Part shown: positions 17,414-26,843 of the stretch, in pieces | Layout of the letters: every line of letters begins with the position of its first letter | How positions within the stretch are numbered: position 1 is the first letter of the stretch | Source: Lachnospiraceae bacterium | GTDB lineage: Bacteria > Bacillota_I > Bacilli_A > RFN20 > CAG-826 | Length of the DNA: 64,000 bases | Assembly (NCBI GenBank): GCA_963657245.1 | Contig: CAVKLJ010000004.1 | Coordinates: 2,584-66,583, forward strand | Reading direction: 5' to 3' | Notes under the pieces: generated by a model | The model's database searches: none | Seen by the model: only the letters and a program-made list of their open reading frames with translations | Told to the model about the DNA's origin: nothing | Position numbers and translations under genes: made by a program

Positions 17414-17626
17414 TTAAGACTTTTGTGCTTTCTTTTCTTCTTTGACCTTTCTTTTTTGATCGGCCTTCTTTTGAATTTTATAGAGTTTAACAAGGTCTTT
17501 TTTGCTTAGATGAGGTTCGTCATCCAAGATTCTATGGCCTTTTCTCTTTTCATTTATCCAATAGATAATAACTAAGAGGAGACCGAATAGAATCAATCCA
17601 AATATCAAGTATCCAACCCATTCCAT
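17414..17626 (-). CDS. small single-TM protein with a Lys-rich tail, downstream of feoB
   Basis: One N-terminal TM helix, then KRKGHR...KKADQKRKVKEEKKAQKS. No Cys residues. Confidence 0.45.
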   Translation of the reverse strand: MEWVGYLIFGLILFGLLLVIIYWINEKRKGHRILDDEPHLSKKDLVKLYKIQKKADQKRKVKEEKKAQKS

Positions 17627-17653
17627 ATATGGCCTCCTTTAAAATAATTAAGA

Positions 17654-20029
17654 TTAAGCGGCTAATTTAGCTTCTTGACCTTTTTTATAACGATCGTAGA
17701 AGTAGATGCCAACTCCGCCAAGGATAAGTAATCCTACTGGAACTGTCCACCCCCAAGCGGCATATTGGAAGGTAACATAGGTTAAGCAACCTAAGATATA
17801 AGATCCAAGGAGCCAGAAGAGGAGAGTTCCGATGTAATCGCGTCTTGAACTAAGTTCGCCTTTTGCAGTAGCCACAGAAGCAAAGCAAGGGATTGTTGTC
17901 ATGTTAAAGACAGCGAATGCGACTAAGGAAGCGGTGGTGATGTTTCCGCCTGTTGCGTTAGAAGCGGCAACAATTGCATTTAATCCTTCAAGGGCATCAT
18001 CTGGATCGATGTTTGCACCAATGCCAGGAAGAGCTGCTAATTGGGCTAAGACAGAAACAACGTTTTCTTTAGCGATGATACCTTGAACTGAGGCAACCGC
18101 ATATGTCCAAGCGTATTTACCGCCTTGAGCATTACCAAATCCCATTGGGGTAAATAATGGAGAGATGATCATGCCGATGTGGGCAAGGATAGAATCTGCA
18201 TCACTTAAGATGACGTCGACGTCACCTGCAGCAAACGCATCTTCTGTGAACATAGGAATGAATTGCCAAGATGGGGTAAAGCTAGACAAGAACCAAATAA
18301 TGACAGTTGAAGCAAAGATGATTGTGAATGCTTTCTTAAGATAATGTTTACCTCTGTCCCAAACGTGTAAGGCAAGGGCTTGTGGTTGAGGAAGGTGATA
18401 GGCAGGTAACTCCATGATGAATGGCGGAACCTTTTCACGCTGAGTGGTCTTATTCATTGCGATAACTGCAATGATGGCGACGACAACACCAAATAAGTAG
18501 ATTAAGAATGTGAACAAACCTTGATCAAGGCCTGAGGCGGCTGCAACTGCAGCGGCAATACAAACCAAGAATTCGGTTTTAGCTCCGCAAGTGAAGAATG
18601 GAATAACACGGATGGTTTTTGTTCTTTCTTTGTCGGAAGCAAGCGTACGGGTGTTGATCATGGCAGGAACGCCACAACCAAATCCCATGATCATTGGTAA
18701 GAAGGCTCTTCCTGAAACGCCGAAACGGCGGAAGATACGGTCTAATACGAAGGCAATACGTGCCATATATCCGGAATCTTCTAAGAAGGAGAAGAAGGCG
18801 AATAAGAGAAGAATTTGTGGAACGAATCCTAATACTGAAGCAATACCGTTAAGAACACCATCATAAACAAAGCCGGTTAGCCATTCAGGCGCATTGCAAT
18901 TAATGAGCAATTGTTTGATGCCAGTGCAAATAATGCCTTGGATACCGGAGTCATTGCCAGCACCAAAGAAATTTTGAAGGATTGCGCCAAGAGAATTAAA
19001 TCCATCTGCTGTAAAGAACAATTCTTTAAATGGATAGAAATCTTCTCCGTCGATTGTCCAATGGATGAATCCTGGATAGCCTTCGCCATAATCAAGACCC
19101 ATTGCGTGCATATAGAATAAATCGCCAGCAAATGTTAAGTGAAATATTAAGAAGAGGACAACGACCATGATTGGGAGAGCTGTCCATCTATTTGTTAAGA
19201 CTCTATCGATCTTATCGGAGAGAGATAATTTCTTCTTTTCTTGAGTGACTCCACCTTTACGATAGATTGCAAGTTCAGAGGTGATGTACTTATAACGCTT
19301 ATCCGCGCTATCAGCTTCAAAGCCTTCATGATCTTCAACCAATTCAGAAACCTCTTTATAAGCAAGAGGGTTCTTTTCTGCTTCGAGTTCATCGCCTTCT
19401 AAGGCTTTGATGGCATGGAAACGTGGGTTCAAAACTTCTTTATCTTCGTAGCTCTTTATTGCTTTTTCAATAAGTGCTGCATCTTCGCCTTTTGCCCAAA
19501 GCGAGGCACCTTCACGAGGGGTTTTTGAAGTTTTGACGGCTAAATCCATAAGCTCGTCAAGGTTTACTTTTCTTAAAGCAGAGATCTCGATTACTGGGAC
19601 TCCGAGTTTCTTAGAAAGAGCATTGGCATCAATTGATTGCTTATTGTTCTTAAGAGCGTCCATCATGTTTAAGGCAACGACGACTGGGACGTTCATTTCT
19701 AAGATTTGGGTGGTCATATAGAGGTTACGTTCTAAGTTTGTGGCATCCAAAACGTTAATGACCAAATCTGGTTTTTCTTCAAGGATATAGTTTCTTGAAA
19801 TAACTTCTTCTGGTGTATATGGAGAAAGGGAATAAATACCAGGAAGGTCAACGATTTCGACACCTTCCGTATCGCCTTTCTTTTTATAAACACCAGATCT
19901 CTTTTCAACCGTAACGCCAGGCCAGTTACCAACGTATGCTGTGCTGCCAGTTAAGGAATTAAAGAGGGTTGTTTTGCCGCAGTTAGGGTTACCTGCTAAG
20001 CAAAATCTTAATTTCTTTTCTTCGCTCAT
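17654..20029 (-). CDS. feoB: ferrous iron transporter FeoB
   Basis: G-domain GNPNCGKTTLFN, DLPG and NMMD motifs, plus a polytopic C-terminal domain. Confidence 0.95.
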   Translation of the reverse strand: MSEEKKLRFCLAGNPNCGKTTLFNSLTGSTAYVGNWPGVTVEKRSGVYKKKGDTEGVEIVDLPGIYSLSPYTPEEVISRNYILEEKPDLVINVLDATNLERNLYMTTQILEMNVPVVVALNMMDALKNNKQSIDANALSKKLGVPVIEISALRKVNLDELMDLAVKTSKTPREGASLWAKGEDAALIEKAIKSYEDKEVLNPRFHAIKALEGDELEAEKNPLAYKEVSELVEDHEGFEADSADKRYKYITSELAIYRKGGVTQEKKKLSLSDKIDRVLTNRWTALPIMVVVLFLIFHLTFAGDLFYMHAMGLDYGEGYPGFIHWTIDGEDFYPFKELFFTADGFNSLGAILQNFFGAGNDSGIQGIICTGIKQLLINCNAPEWLTGFVYDGVLNGIASVLGFVPQILLLFAFFSFLEDSGYMARIAFVLDRIFRRFGVSGRAFLPMIMGFGCGVPAMINTRTLASDKERTKTIRVIPFFTCGAKTEFLVCIAAAVAAASGLDQGLFTFLIYLFGVVVAIIAVIAMNKTTQREKVPPFIMELPAYHLPQPQALALHVWDRGKHYLKKAFTIIFASTVIIWFLSSFTPSWQFIPMFTEDAFAAGDVDVILSDADSILAHIGMIISPLFTPMGFGNAQGGKYAWTYAVASVQGIIAKENVVSVLAQLAALPGIGANIDPDDALEGLNAIVAASNATGGNITTASLVAFAVFNMTTIPCFASVATAKGELSSRRDYIGTLLFWLLGSYILGCLTYVTFQYAAWGWTVPVGLLILGGVGIYFYDRYKKGQEAKLAA

Positions 20030-20049
20030 AATGAACCTTTCTTTTTGAT

Positions 20050-20340
20050 TTACTTAGTCGTATTGATGTCGGTGACTTTAATAACGACATGTGAGGCTTC
20101 TTCTTTTCTTAATGTTAATTCGTAGCCTCTAAGCGTAATTTCAAGAGGGTCACCAAGTGGGGCTTTCTTTCTTAAGAAAACTTCTGCACCAGGAGTTAAT
20201 CCCATATCGAAAATACGTCTTTTGATCTTTCCCTCGCCTTGAATACGGAGGATGTCGCCAGACATTCCAACGCCAAGAACGTTAAGGGTGATCTCATCTC
20301 CTAACTTGATTTCGCTAGGTGTAATTTCCTTTTCTTCCAT
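20050..20340 (-). CDS. feoA: FeoA domain protein
   Basis: SH3-like FeoA pattern RRIFDMGLTPGAEV...GDPLEI. Confidence 0.8.
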   Translation of the reverse strand: MEEKEITPSEIKLGDEITLNVLGVGMSGDILRIQGEGKIKRRIFDMGLTPGAEVFLRKKAPLGDPLEITLRGYELTLRKEEASHVVIKVTDINTTK

Positions 20341-20357
20341 AATTTTTTCCTATATCT

Positions 20358-20576
20358 TTATATGACTTCAACCTGAATGGCTCTCGCCATGTTTCTATCG
20401 AGGGCAAGACGTGAGTCGCCAAGTCGCAAAATAACTCCGTTTGCTTCGCTTGACAAAAGGGTTATTTTCATCTCAGGAACGATGCCAAGTTCTCTTAGGT
20501 GTTTAATTGCTTTATCGTTTCCCACAAGTCTTACAACCGTAAGTTCTGTATCTGTTGGTGCAATCATTAAAGGCAT
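20358..20576 (-). CDS. feoA: FeoA domain protein
   Basis: LRELGIVPEMKITLL...GDSRLALDRNMA. Confidence 0.8.
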   Translation of the reverse strand: MPLMIAPTDTELTVVRLVGNDKAIKHLRELGIVPEMKITLLSSEANGVILRLGDSRLALDRNMARAIQVEVI

Positions 20577-20699
20577 AGTTAGTTACTCCTTACGTGGGTA
20601 TTATAGCCTTGCAAAATCATAAATCAACAAAAAGTTAGTAGATGATAACTAGAAATATTGTTAAAATATATTTACTTGATTCACAGAGAGGTTAAAACT

Positions 20700-21080
20700 A
20701 TGGCAATTGATGCATTAGAATCAGCAGAAGATTATCTTGAAAGAATATTGATGCTACAAAAACAAGGGATGACAGAAATCCACGCAGTGGATCTAGCTTC
20801 TTCCTTTGGTTATTCAAAGGCTTCGATTTCTATCGCTCTTCATAAATTAGAGGAGAAGGGCTATGTCGCACTTGGTTTAAAGAGCCAGCTTTATCTAACA
20901 CCAGCAGGCTATGAGATTGCTAAGAGGGTTTATGAGAAACACCAAGTCATCTCTTCCTTCCTTATGTCTATAGGAGTAGATAAAGAAATTGCTCTTAAAG
21001 ACGCATGCAGAATGGAACACTTCATTTCTGAAGAAACTTTTTCAGCTTTGAAAAAAGAATTAGAAAGCAAACAAAAATAA
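20700..21080 (+). CDS. DtxR/MntR-family metal-dependent transcriptional repressor (two-domain, no SH3-like domain)
   Basis: ESAEDYLERI...SKASISIALHKLEEKGYV...ACRMEHFIS. Divergent from the feo operon. ATG at 20700 preceded by a GAGAGG RBS. Confidence 0.85.
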   Translation: MAIDALESAEDYLERILMLQKQGMTEIHAVDLASSFGYSKASISIALHKLEEKGYVALGLKSQLYLTPAGYEIAKRVYEKHQVISSFLMSIGVDKEIALKDACRMEHFISEETFSALKKELESKQK

Positions 21081-21099
21081 ACAAATCATTGAATTTTTT

Positions 21100-21122
21100 G
21101 ACCACATTATGTGGTCTTTTTT
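21100..21122 (+). terminator. rho-independent terminator
   Basis: GACCACA-tta-TGTGGTC stem followed by TTTTTT. Confidence 0.75.
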
Positions 21123-21223
21123 AGTTTTTGCGATAAATCCTCTTTCAATTTTTAGAAATGAGCATACACTTTATAAGTAATAAGCCGAATCCTTATTACA
21201 GTTAAATGAAAGAAGGATTTTTT

Positions 21224-22504
21224 ATGTCAACTTTGGCAATTCAAGGAATGCAATGGGGCGATGAAGGTAAGGGTAAGATTACCGATTATTTCGCTTCTAA
21301 AGCGGATGTCGTAGTCCGTTCACAAGGAGGAAACAATGCTGGCCATTCAATCGTTTTCAACGGAAAACGTTATGCGTTAAGGCTACTCCCTTCTGGCGTA
21401 TTCCATAAAAATATCGTTAACGTTATTGCTGATGGAGTAACGGTTAATCCAACCGCTTTAATAGATGAACTTGATTCTTTGAAAGAACAAGGAATTGAAG
21501 GTATCCAATTATTGATTTCTAATCGTGCGACTCTTTTGATGCCATATCACGTTGATCTTGATAAAGCTCGTGAAAACGCTCTTGGAAAAGCCAAAATTGG
21601 CACAACTGGAAGAGGAATTGGCCCTTCTTATGAAGATAAAGCCTCACGTTTAGGCTTAAGAATGGGCGATATTGTCGATGAAGAATATCTCAAAGAAAGA
21701 TTAGATGAAGTCCTTCCAATCAAGAATCTTGAACTTAAGGCATTTGGCGCCAAAGAATACACTGTTGAAGAGCTTTTGAAATATCTTGCCCCAGTAAGAG
21801 AACGTCTTTCTTCTTTAATAACCGATACATCTTTATTCTTAGAGGAACAAATCGCTAACGGAAAGAAAGTTCTTTTCGAAGGCGCACAAGGGGCGATGCT
21901 TTGCTTAACGCATGGCACCTATCCATATGTAACTTCATCTTCACCTCTAGCAACCGCCATTCCACTTAATGCTGGTTTGCCATTAGATTCCATTGATACG
22001 ATGTGTGGCATCACAAAAGCCTATTGCACACGTGTTGGCGCAGGCCCATTCCCAAGCGAAATCGATAATGAGGAAGCAAATAGTATTCGTGAAAAAGGCC
22101 ATGAATATGGCACAGTCACAAAACGTCCAAGACGTATTGGCTGGCTTGATGTCATGGAACTTAAATATATTAAGAGAGTAACTGGCGTCAAATATAGCGC
22201 GTTGATGTTACTCGATGTTCTTTCTGCCGTTGATGAAATCAAACTTTGCGTTGGCTATAAACTAAATGGCAAAGAAATAAACACAATGCCATCAACCGTT
22301 AAAGAAGTTGGCAAGATTGAGCCTATTTTTATCAGTATGCCATCTTGGAAAGAAGACATTTCCAAATGCAGAAGCTTCGAAGAATTACCTCTTGCCGCTC
22401 AAAATTATATCAAGAAAGTTGAAGAATTATCAGGCATCTACTTTGCCATCGTTTCTGTCGGACCAGACAGAGAAGAAACCATCATCCGTAAGGAGCTTTT
22501 CTAA
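21224..22504 (+). CDS. purA: adenylosuccinate synthase
   Basis: QWGDEGKGK, GGNNAGH and TGRGIGP motifs. Confidence 0.95.
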   Translation: MSTLAIQGMQWGDEGKGKITDYFASKADVVVRSQGGNNAGHSIVFNGKRYALRLLPSGVFHKNIVNVIADGVTVNPTALIDELDSLKEQGIEGIQLLISNRATLLMPYHVDLDKARENALGKAKIGTTGRGIGPSYEDKASRLGLRMGDIVDEEYLKERLDEVLPIKNLELKAFGAKEYTVEELLKYLAPVRERLSSLITDTSLFLEEQIANGKKVLFEGAQGAMLCLTHGTYPYVTSSSPLATAIPLNAGLPLDSIDTMCGITKAYCTRVGAGPFPSEIDNEEANSIREKGHEYGTVTKRPRRIGWLDVMELKYIKRVTGVKYSALMLLDVLSAVDEIKLCVGYKLNGKEINTMPSTVKEVGKIEPIFISMPSWKEDISKCRSFEELPLAAQNYIKKVEELSGIYFAIVSVGPDREETIIRKELF

Positions 22505-23799
22505 TGATTGAGCGTTACGCCCCAAAGAAAATCGAAGAACTCTTTTCCGATGAAGCAAGATTCAATTCGTATCTTGAGATAGAAATTGCAGTCGTTGAAG
22601 GCTGGAATAAATTAGGCCTTGTTCCTGATTTAGATTTAGAAAAGATCCATCAAAACGCCAAAGTTGATGTTGCCCGTATCAAAGAAATTGAGACAATAAC
22701 CAAACACGACGTCGTTGCCTTTACTAGACAAGTAAGCGAAACTCTCGGAGAAGAAAGAAAATGGATTCATTATGGCTTAACTTCAACTGATGTTGTTGAT
22801 TCGGCCTTGGGCCTTCAATATAAAAAAGCCAATGAAATCATTGAAAAAGACTTTCTTTCTTTGATGGAATCGTTAAAGGAGAAGGCTTTGGAATACGAAT
22901 TTCAGCCATGTATGGCTAGAACACACGGCATGCATGCGGAAATATATTCCTTTGGCTTGAAATTTGCTTCTTTCTACGATGAAGCAAAACGTTCTTTGTC
23001 TTTCTTTAATGCGGCAAGGAAAGAAGTTGAAGCGGTAAAACTTTCTGGTGCGGTTGGAACATATGCCAATATCGATCCAAGCATCGAAAAATATGTTGCG
23101 GAAAAACTCGGCCTAACCAAACCAAGCGTTTCGACTCAAGTCCTTTCAAGAGATAGACATGAGGAATACGCTTCAGCAATGGTCGTGGCCTCTTCTTTGA
23201 TCGAAAAGATTGCCGTTGAAATTAGAAATCTCTCCCGCACCGAGATTGGCGAGCTTGAAGAAGGTTTCTCCAAAGGGCAAAAAGGCTCATCGGCAATGCC
23301 TCAAAAACGTAATCCGATATCCTCAGAAAACCTTACTGGCGCAGCTAGAATGATGAGAGGTTATTTGATTCCTATATTGGAAGATAACGCCCTCTATCAC
23401 GAAAGAGATATCTCCCACTCAATTGTTGAAAGAGTAAGCCTCATTGATATGATCGAATTATTCGATTACATGCTCATCAGAATGAAGAAAGTGGTGGATA
23501 ATCTCTCTATTTTCCCAACTAAGATGGAAGAAAACATCCAAAAGAGCCATGGAGCAATTTACTCGCAAAGAGCGATGAACGCTTTGATTGAAAAAGGCCT
23601 AACACGTGAAGAGGCTTATGACCTTGTTCAACCTCTTGCAATGAACTCTGTTACTAAAGGTATGGATTTCATCAACCAACTTATTATAAATAAGGATGTT
23701 CTAAAACACTTAAGCGAAAAAGATATCACCTCACTAACTAGCAACGAATATTACTTCAAAAACATTGATTATATTTATAAAGAAATAGGCTTGAAATAA
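22504..23799 (+). CDS. purB: adenylosuccinate lyase
   Basis: Fumarate-lyase signature GSSAMPQKRNP. TAATG overlap with purA. Confidence 0.95.
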   Translation: MIERYAPKKIEELFSDEARFNSYLEIEIAVVEGWNKLGLVPDLDLEKIHQNAKVDVARIKEIETITKHDVVAFTRQVSETLGEERKWIHYGLTSTDVVDSALGLQYKKANEIIEKDFLSLMESLKEKALEYEFQPCMARTHGMHAEIYSFGLKFASFYDEAKRSLSFFNAARKEVEAVKLSGAVGTYANIDPSIEKYVAEKLGLTKPSVSTQVLSRDRHEEYASAMVVASSLIEKIAVEIRNLSRTEIGELEEGFSKGQKGSSAMPQKRNPISSENLTGAARMMRGYLIPILEDNALYHERDISHSIVERVSLIDMIELFDYMLIRMKKVVDNLSIFPTKMEENIQKSHGAIYSQRAMNALIEKGLTREEAYDLVQPLAMNSVTKGMDFINQLIINKDVLKHLSEKDITSLTSNEYYFKNIDYIYKEIGLK

Positions 23800-23814
23800 G
23801 CCTTTTCTTTTTAT
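23787..23814 (+). terminator. terminator overlapping the purB stop codon
   Basis: AGGCTT-gaaat-AAGCCT stem followed by TTTTCTTTTT. Confidence 0.6.
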
Positions 23815-23936
23815 TTAAATAAAAGTTAGGCAAATAAAACTTAGATTTTTCCGAAGAAATTAGGCATTTTAGTTTGCTTAACATTGCCAATTTTCATAGT
23901 AAAATAATTTTTGAATTGAGAAAGGAATTTTTTTCT

Positions 23937-24185
23937 ATGGAAACGAGTAAAGAAACTGCTCAAGTATGTATTCGTTGCGCTCGTTGTATTCACGCTTGCC
24001 CATTAGGCTTAAATCCAGTCAATATCATGACGACGATGAAAAGCATGCCTGTCGACAAAGCAAAGATTAAATTACTTAATCCTTCCGTTTGTGATGAATG
24101 CAAGAAATGTAACGATGTTTGCCCGAGCAATATTGATTTAGCAACAATTGTGAAGAGAGCTAAGATTGTTGCCAAACTCCCTTAA
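23937..24185 (+). CDS. 82-aa 2x[4Fe-4S] ferredoxin-like protein corresponding only to the C-terminal domain of RnfC
   Basis: CIRCARCIHACP ... CDECKKCNDVCPSNIDL. The long inter-motif spacer and the CPSNI tail are RnfC-like. RBS AAAGGA. First gene of the rnf-type operon. Confidence 0.7.
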   Translation: METSKETAQVCIRCARCIHACPLGLNPVNIMTTMKSMPVDKAKIKLLNPSVCDECKKCNDVCPSNIDLATIVKRAKIVAKLP

Positions 24186-24197
24186 TGAGGTATTAAC

Positions 24198-25361
24198 ATG
24201 AGTGTAGAAGTAACTAAAACTAATTCTGCAGAAGTAGTTGCCGCACCAGCTCCTAAAAAAGCCCATAAGCAATCTGTCGAATGGATGCTATATGATGTGC
24301 TTATTGCTCTTGCTCCAACTGTTATTTATGCAGTTCTAATGTATGGTGTATATGCCATACGTAACATTTTGATCCCTGCCGCGACAATGTTTATCGCAGA
24401 AATGGTCTTTGTTGTTATCAAAAATCGCAAAGCCCTATTTAGCAAGGATGAAAAAACCAAGAAATCATTCTTTGATGTATTAAGCATCACTGATATTGTT
24501 TCTCCATTAATTTCAGGAATTATCTTTGGCTTGATGGTCTCAAATAGAGATACAGATCCTGCTGGACTTATCTATTTCATTTTGATTGTTTCATCTTTAT
24601 TCGGGATTATCTTTGGAAAACTCTGTTTCGGTGGTTTAGGAAAGAATATCTTCAACCCAGCTGCTGTTTCCTTTGTTTTCATGCTTGTTTGCTTTAATTC
24701 CAAATTCACTGGCACATATCACCTTAATGCTTGGGGAATTTCTTTCTTAGGAAACGCCTCATTCGAAGCTGGTGCAACACCATTAGCCAATGGATTCAAT
24801 GCAAGCCTATATAGCTTAGATAACATCAAAGCCTTATTCCTTGGCCAAGTTAATGGTGGAATTGGCGAATCTTGCAAGATTCCTCTTCTTATTGGGCTTG
24901 TCTATTTATTGGTTAGAAGAGATATTGATTGGAAGACAATCGTTTCCTTCCTTTTGATGTTCTTAGCAATGTCCCTTGTTGCCGGATTATTCTTCTTAGG
25001 CAAAAAGGACGTGAATCCTCTTTACTACATGCTTTATCAATTGCTTAGCGGTGGCGTCTTCTTCGGAATGACGTACATGATAAGCGAACCTGTAACAATG
25101 CCTCTTACTTCTCCTAGCAGAGTTATGTACGGCATGGTTATTGCAATTATTGTCGTATTCATCAGAACCTTTGCCTCTGCTCCTGAAGGAATGGCCTATG
25201 CAATCCTTATGGGCAACGCACTTGGTTGCTTTATCGACTACTACAAATGGAGCCAAACAAAATTCAGTTGGAAGAGCTGGGTGGCAATTGCTGCAATTGC
25301 AGTCGTCGGTCTTGCCATCTTTGCCTGGTGCATGAATGGCTTCAATTACGGAGGAAATTAA
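24198..25361 (+). CDS. rnfD: Rnf complex subunit D
   Basis: NQR2/RnfD-type polytopic protein. AGATPLA (flavinylation-site motif), NIFNPAA, and SGGVFFGMTYMISEPVT. Confidence 0.9.
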   Translation: MSVEVTKTNSAEVVAAPAPKKAHKQSVEWMLYDVLIALAPTVIYAVLMYGVYAIRNILIPAATMFIAEMVFVVIKNRKALFSKDEKTKKSFFDVLSITDIVSPLISGIIFGLMVSNRDTDPAGLIYFILIVSSLFGIIFGKLCFGGLGKNIFNPAAVSFVFMLVCFNSKFTGTYHLNAWGISFLGNASFEAGATPLANGFNASLYSLDNIKALFLGQVNGGIGESCKIPLLIGLVYLLVRRDIDWKTIVSFLLMFLAMSLVAGLFFLGKKDVNPLYYMLYQLLSGGVFFGMTYMISEPVTMPLTSPSRVMYGMVIAIIVVFIRTFASAPEGMAYAILMGNALGCFIDYYKWSQTKFSWKSWVAIAAIAVVGLAIFAWCMNGFNYGGN

Positions 25362-25362
25362 T

Positions 25363-26829
25363 ATGAGTGAAGAAATTAAAAACACTACTGTTCCTTCAGA
25401 AGAAAAGAATGATTGGAAGAAATGGCTCAAAGTTGGTGGAATCCTTTGCGCAATTGCTGGAGCAAGCGCCCTCGTTTTGACCTCTCTTAATTTATTAACT
25501 GCCCCAATCATCGAAGAAAACAATGCCAAAAAACAATCTGGTGGTTATCGTGAGATTTTCTCCAATTGGGCGGCAAACTCTGATCCGGTCGCAATTGAAG
25601 GCAATGACAATCTAGCCGAATATTGCATCGCATATTCTGATACTGCCAAAACAAATCAAATTGGCTACATCTATACTTCCAAGACCTTGGCTGTCAAATC
25701 CTTTGGTAACGTCAAAGCCATGGTTGGTATTTCTGGTGAAACTGATTCACCAGTCTTAGGAAAGATTTATCTTGTTGAAAATTCCCTTTCTTACAAGACA
25801 ACTCTTGAAAGCGGATATATCCTTCCATATAACTCCAACCCAGGCGATACAACACTCAATAACGTTAAGTGCGGCGCAACCTTTGGTGCTGAAGCGATTA
25901 AAGGAATAATCAATGCTGCAAGAGATCACTATTCTTCAATCGGAGATAGTTTCAAAGAAGACCTTGCTGATGATATCAAACAAATCTGGGGTGAAAATTC
26001 CGGATATACGGTTGATAATTCCGAAACCAACAACGTTTCTGGAACAACTTATGTCAAGAAATCATATTCATTCTATGAAGATGATACGATGACAGGCGAA
26101 ATCGGTCGTCTTTATTCTGCAAAATACAAGGGAGATGCAGGGGATATTTACATTACTGTGTCTTTCAATGAGAAGAATGAGTTAGGCAAACTTGTCGTTA
26201 CAAAAGACACATTAGCTGATAACACGTCTCTTAATAACTATGTTTCCGCTTATAACTCCAACCCATCAGAAGAAACGCTTAATGCCACAAATGGTGCAGA
26301 TTCTGAAGCTGTTAAAGCAATGGTAAGCGAAGCTAAGACGACTTTAACAACTGCTGGCGGATTGAAATCTTCATCTTCATATTTTAAAGATGTTATTGCT
26401 TCTAGCGCCTATTCTGAGGTGAGCGAAGCTACTGCTCTTACAAAAGATGCGGCTGAAAAAGTCAATGTTCTTCGTTATTGGACGTTCTCTAAGACCGAGA
26501 CAACCGAATCGGAAGAGGAGAAAGTTACAGAAGTTGCAAAAGTCTATAAGATCCAAGCAACCATGGAAGCAAAGAGCTATACGACAATCGAATCCGATAC
26601 AGTTTACTTATTAACAATCACCGGTTCTAAGGATTCACCTGCTTTAGGTAAGATGACCTTATTAAAGAATGAAGCTGGTGGCGGTCAAGTTTCTGATATT
26701 GAAAGTTACTTCACAAATTTTGATGGCTCGCAAACAAGCGAAGGCGTTAACGGAAGTGGAGCAACCTACACCTTGAAAGCCGTTTGGGAAGGCATAGAGA
26801 AGGCAAAAGCTCTCTATAGCGCAGAATAA
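25363..26829 (+). CDS. rnfG: Rnf complex subunit G, expanded: TM anchor plus three tandem FMN_bind-like modules
   Basis: N-terminal TM helix and LTAPII motif. Each of the three modules contains an LGK(I/L/M) motif; the modules end in VKCGATFGAEAI, TNGADSEAV and GSGATYTLKAV. 488 aa. Confidence 0.8.
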   Translation: MSEEIKNTTVPSEEKNDWKKWLKVGGILCAIAGASALVLTSLNLLTAPIIEENNAKKQSGGYREIFSNWAANSDPVAIEGNDNLAEYCIAYSDTAKTNQIGYIYTSKTLAVKSFGNVKAMVGISGETDSPVLGKIYLVENSLSYKTTLESGYILPYNSNPGDTTLNNVKCGATFGAEAIKGIINAARDHYSSIGDSFKEDLADDIKQIWGENSGYTVDNSETNNVSGTTYVKKSYSFYEDDTMTGEIGRLYSAKYKGDAGDIYITVSFNEKNELGKLVVTKDTLADNTSLNNYVSAYNSNPSEETLNATNGADSEAVKAMVSEAKTTLTTAGGLKSSSSYFKDVIASSAYSEVSEATALTKDAAEKVNVLRYWTFSKTETTESEEEKVTEVAKVYKIQATMEAKSYTTIESDTVYLLTITGSKDSPALGKMTLLKNEAGGGQVSDIESYFTNFDGSQTSEGVNGSGATYTLKAVWEGIEKAKALYSAE

Positions 26830-26843
26830 GGAGGAAAAAGAAT

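Noticed and set aside
20577-20699. A DtxR-type operator in the feoA / dtxR-family divergent region (for example TTAGTAGATGATAACTAGA at 20634-20652).
   Set aside because: The best alignment to the 19-bp consensus gives only about 10 of 19 positions. The other similar stretch (AGTTAGTTACTCC) is simply the feoA RBS region. A site may exist, but I cannot support one from the sequence alone.
23800-24185. The idea that the 82-aa RnfC-like ORF is a pseudogene fragment left by a deletion or frameshift.
   Set aside because: Only 137 nt separate it from purB. That stretch contains a terminator and a promoter-like element, not degraded coding sequence. The ORF has its own RBS and intact Cys motifs. An assembly error cannot be excluded without reads.
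24996-25529. A 177-aa ORF antisense to the rnfD/rnfG junction. Also the small overlapping ORFs 27934..28182-, 28155..28502-, 28246..28512+ and 28312..28659-.
   Set aside because: They are antisense or out of frame to genes with strong family signatures. They have no RBS and their composition is typical of antisense translation. Only the in-operon frame 28194..28424 was kept, because of its start/stop coupling and TM+Cys architecture.
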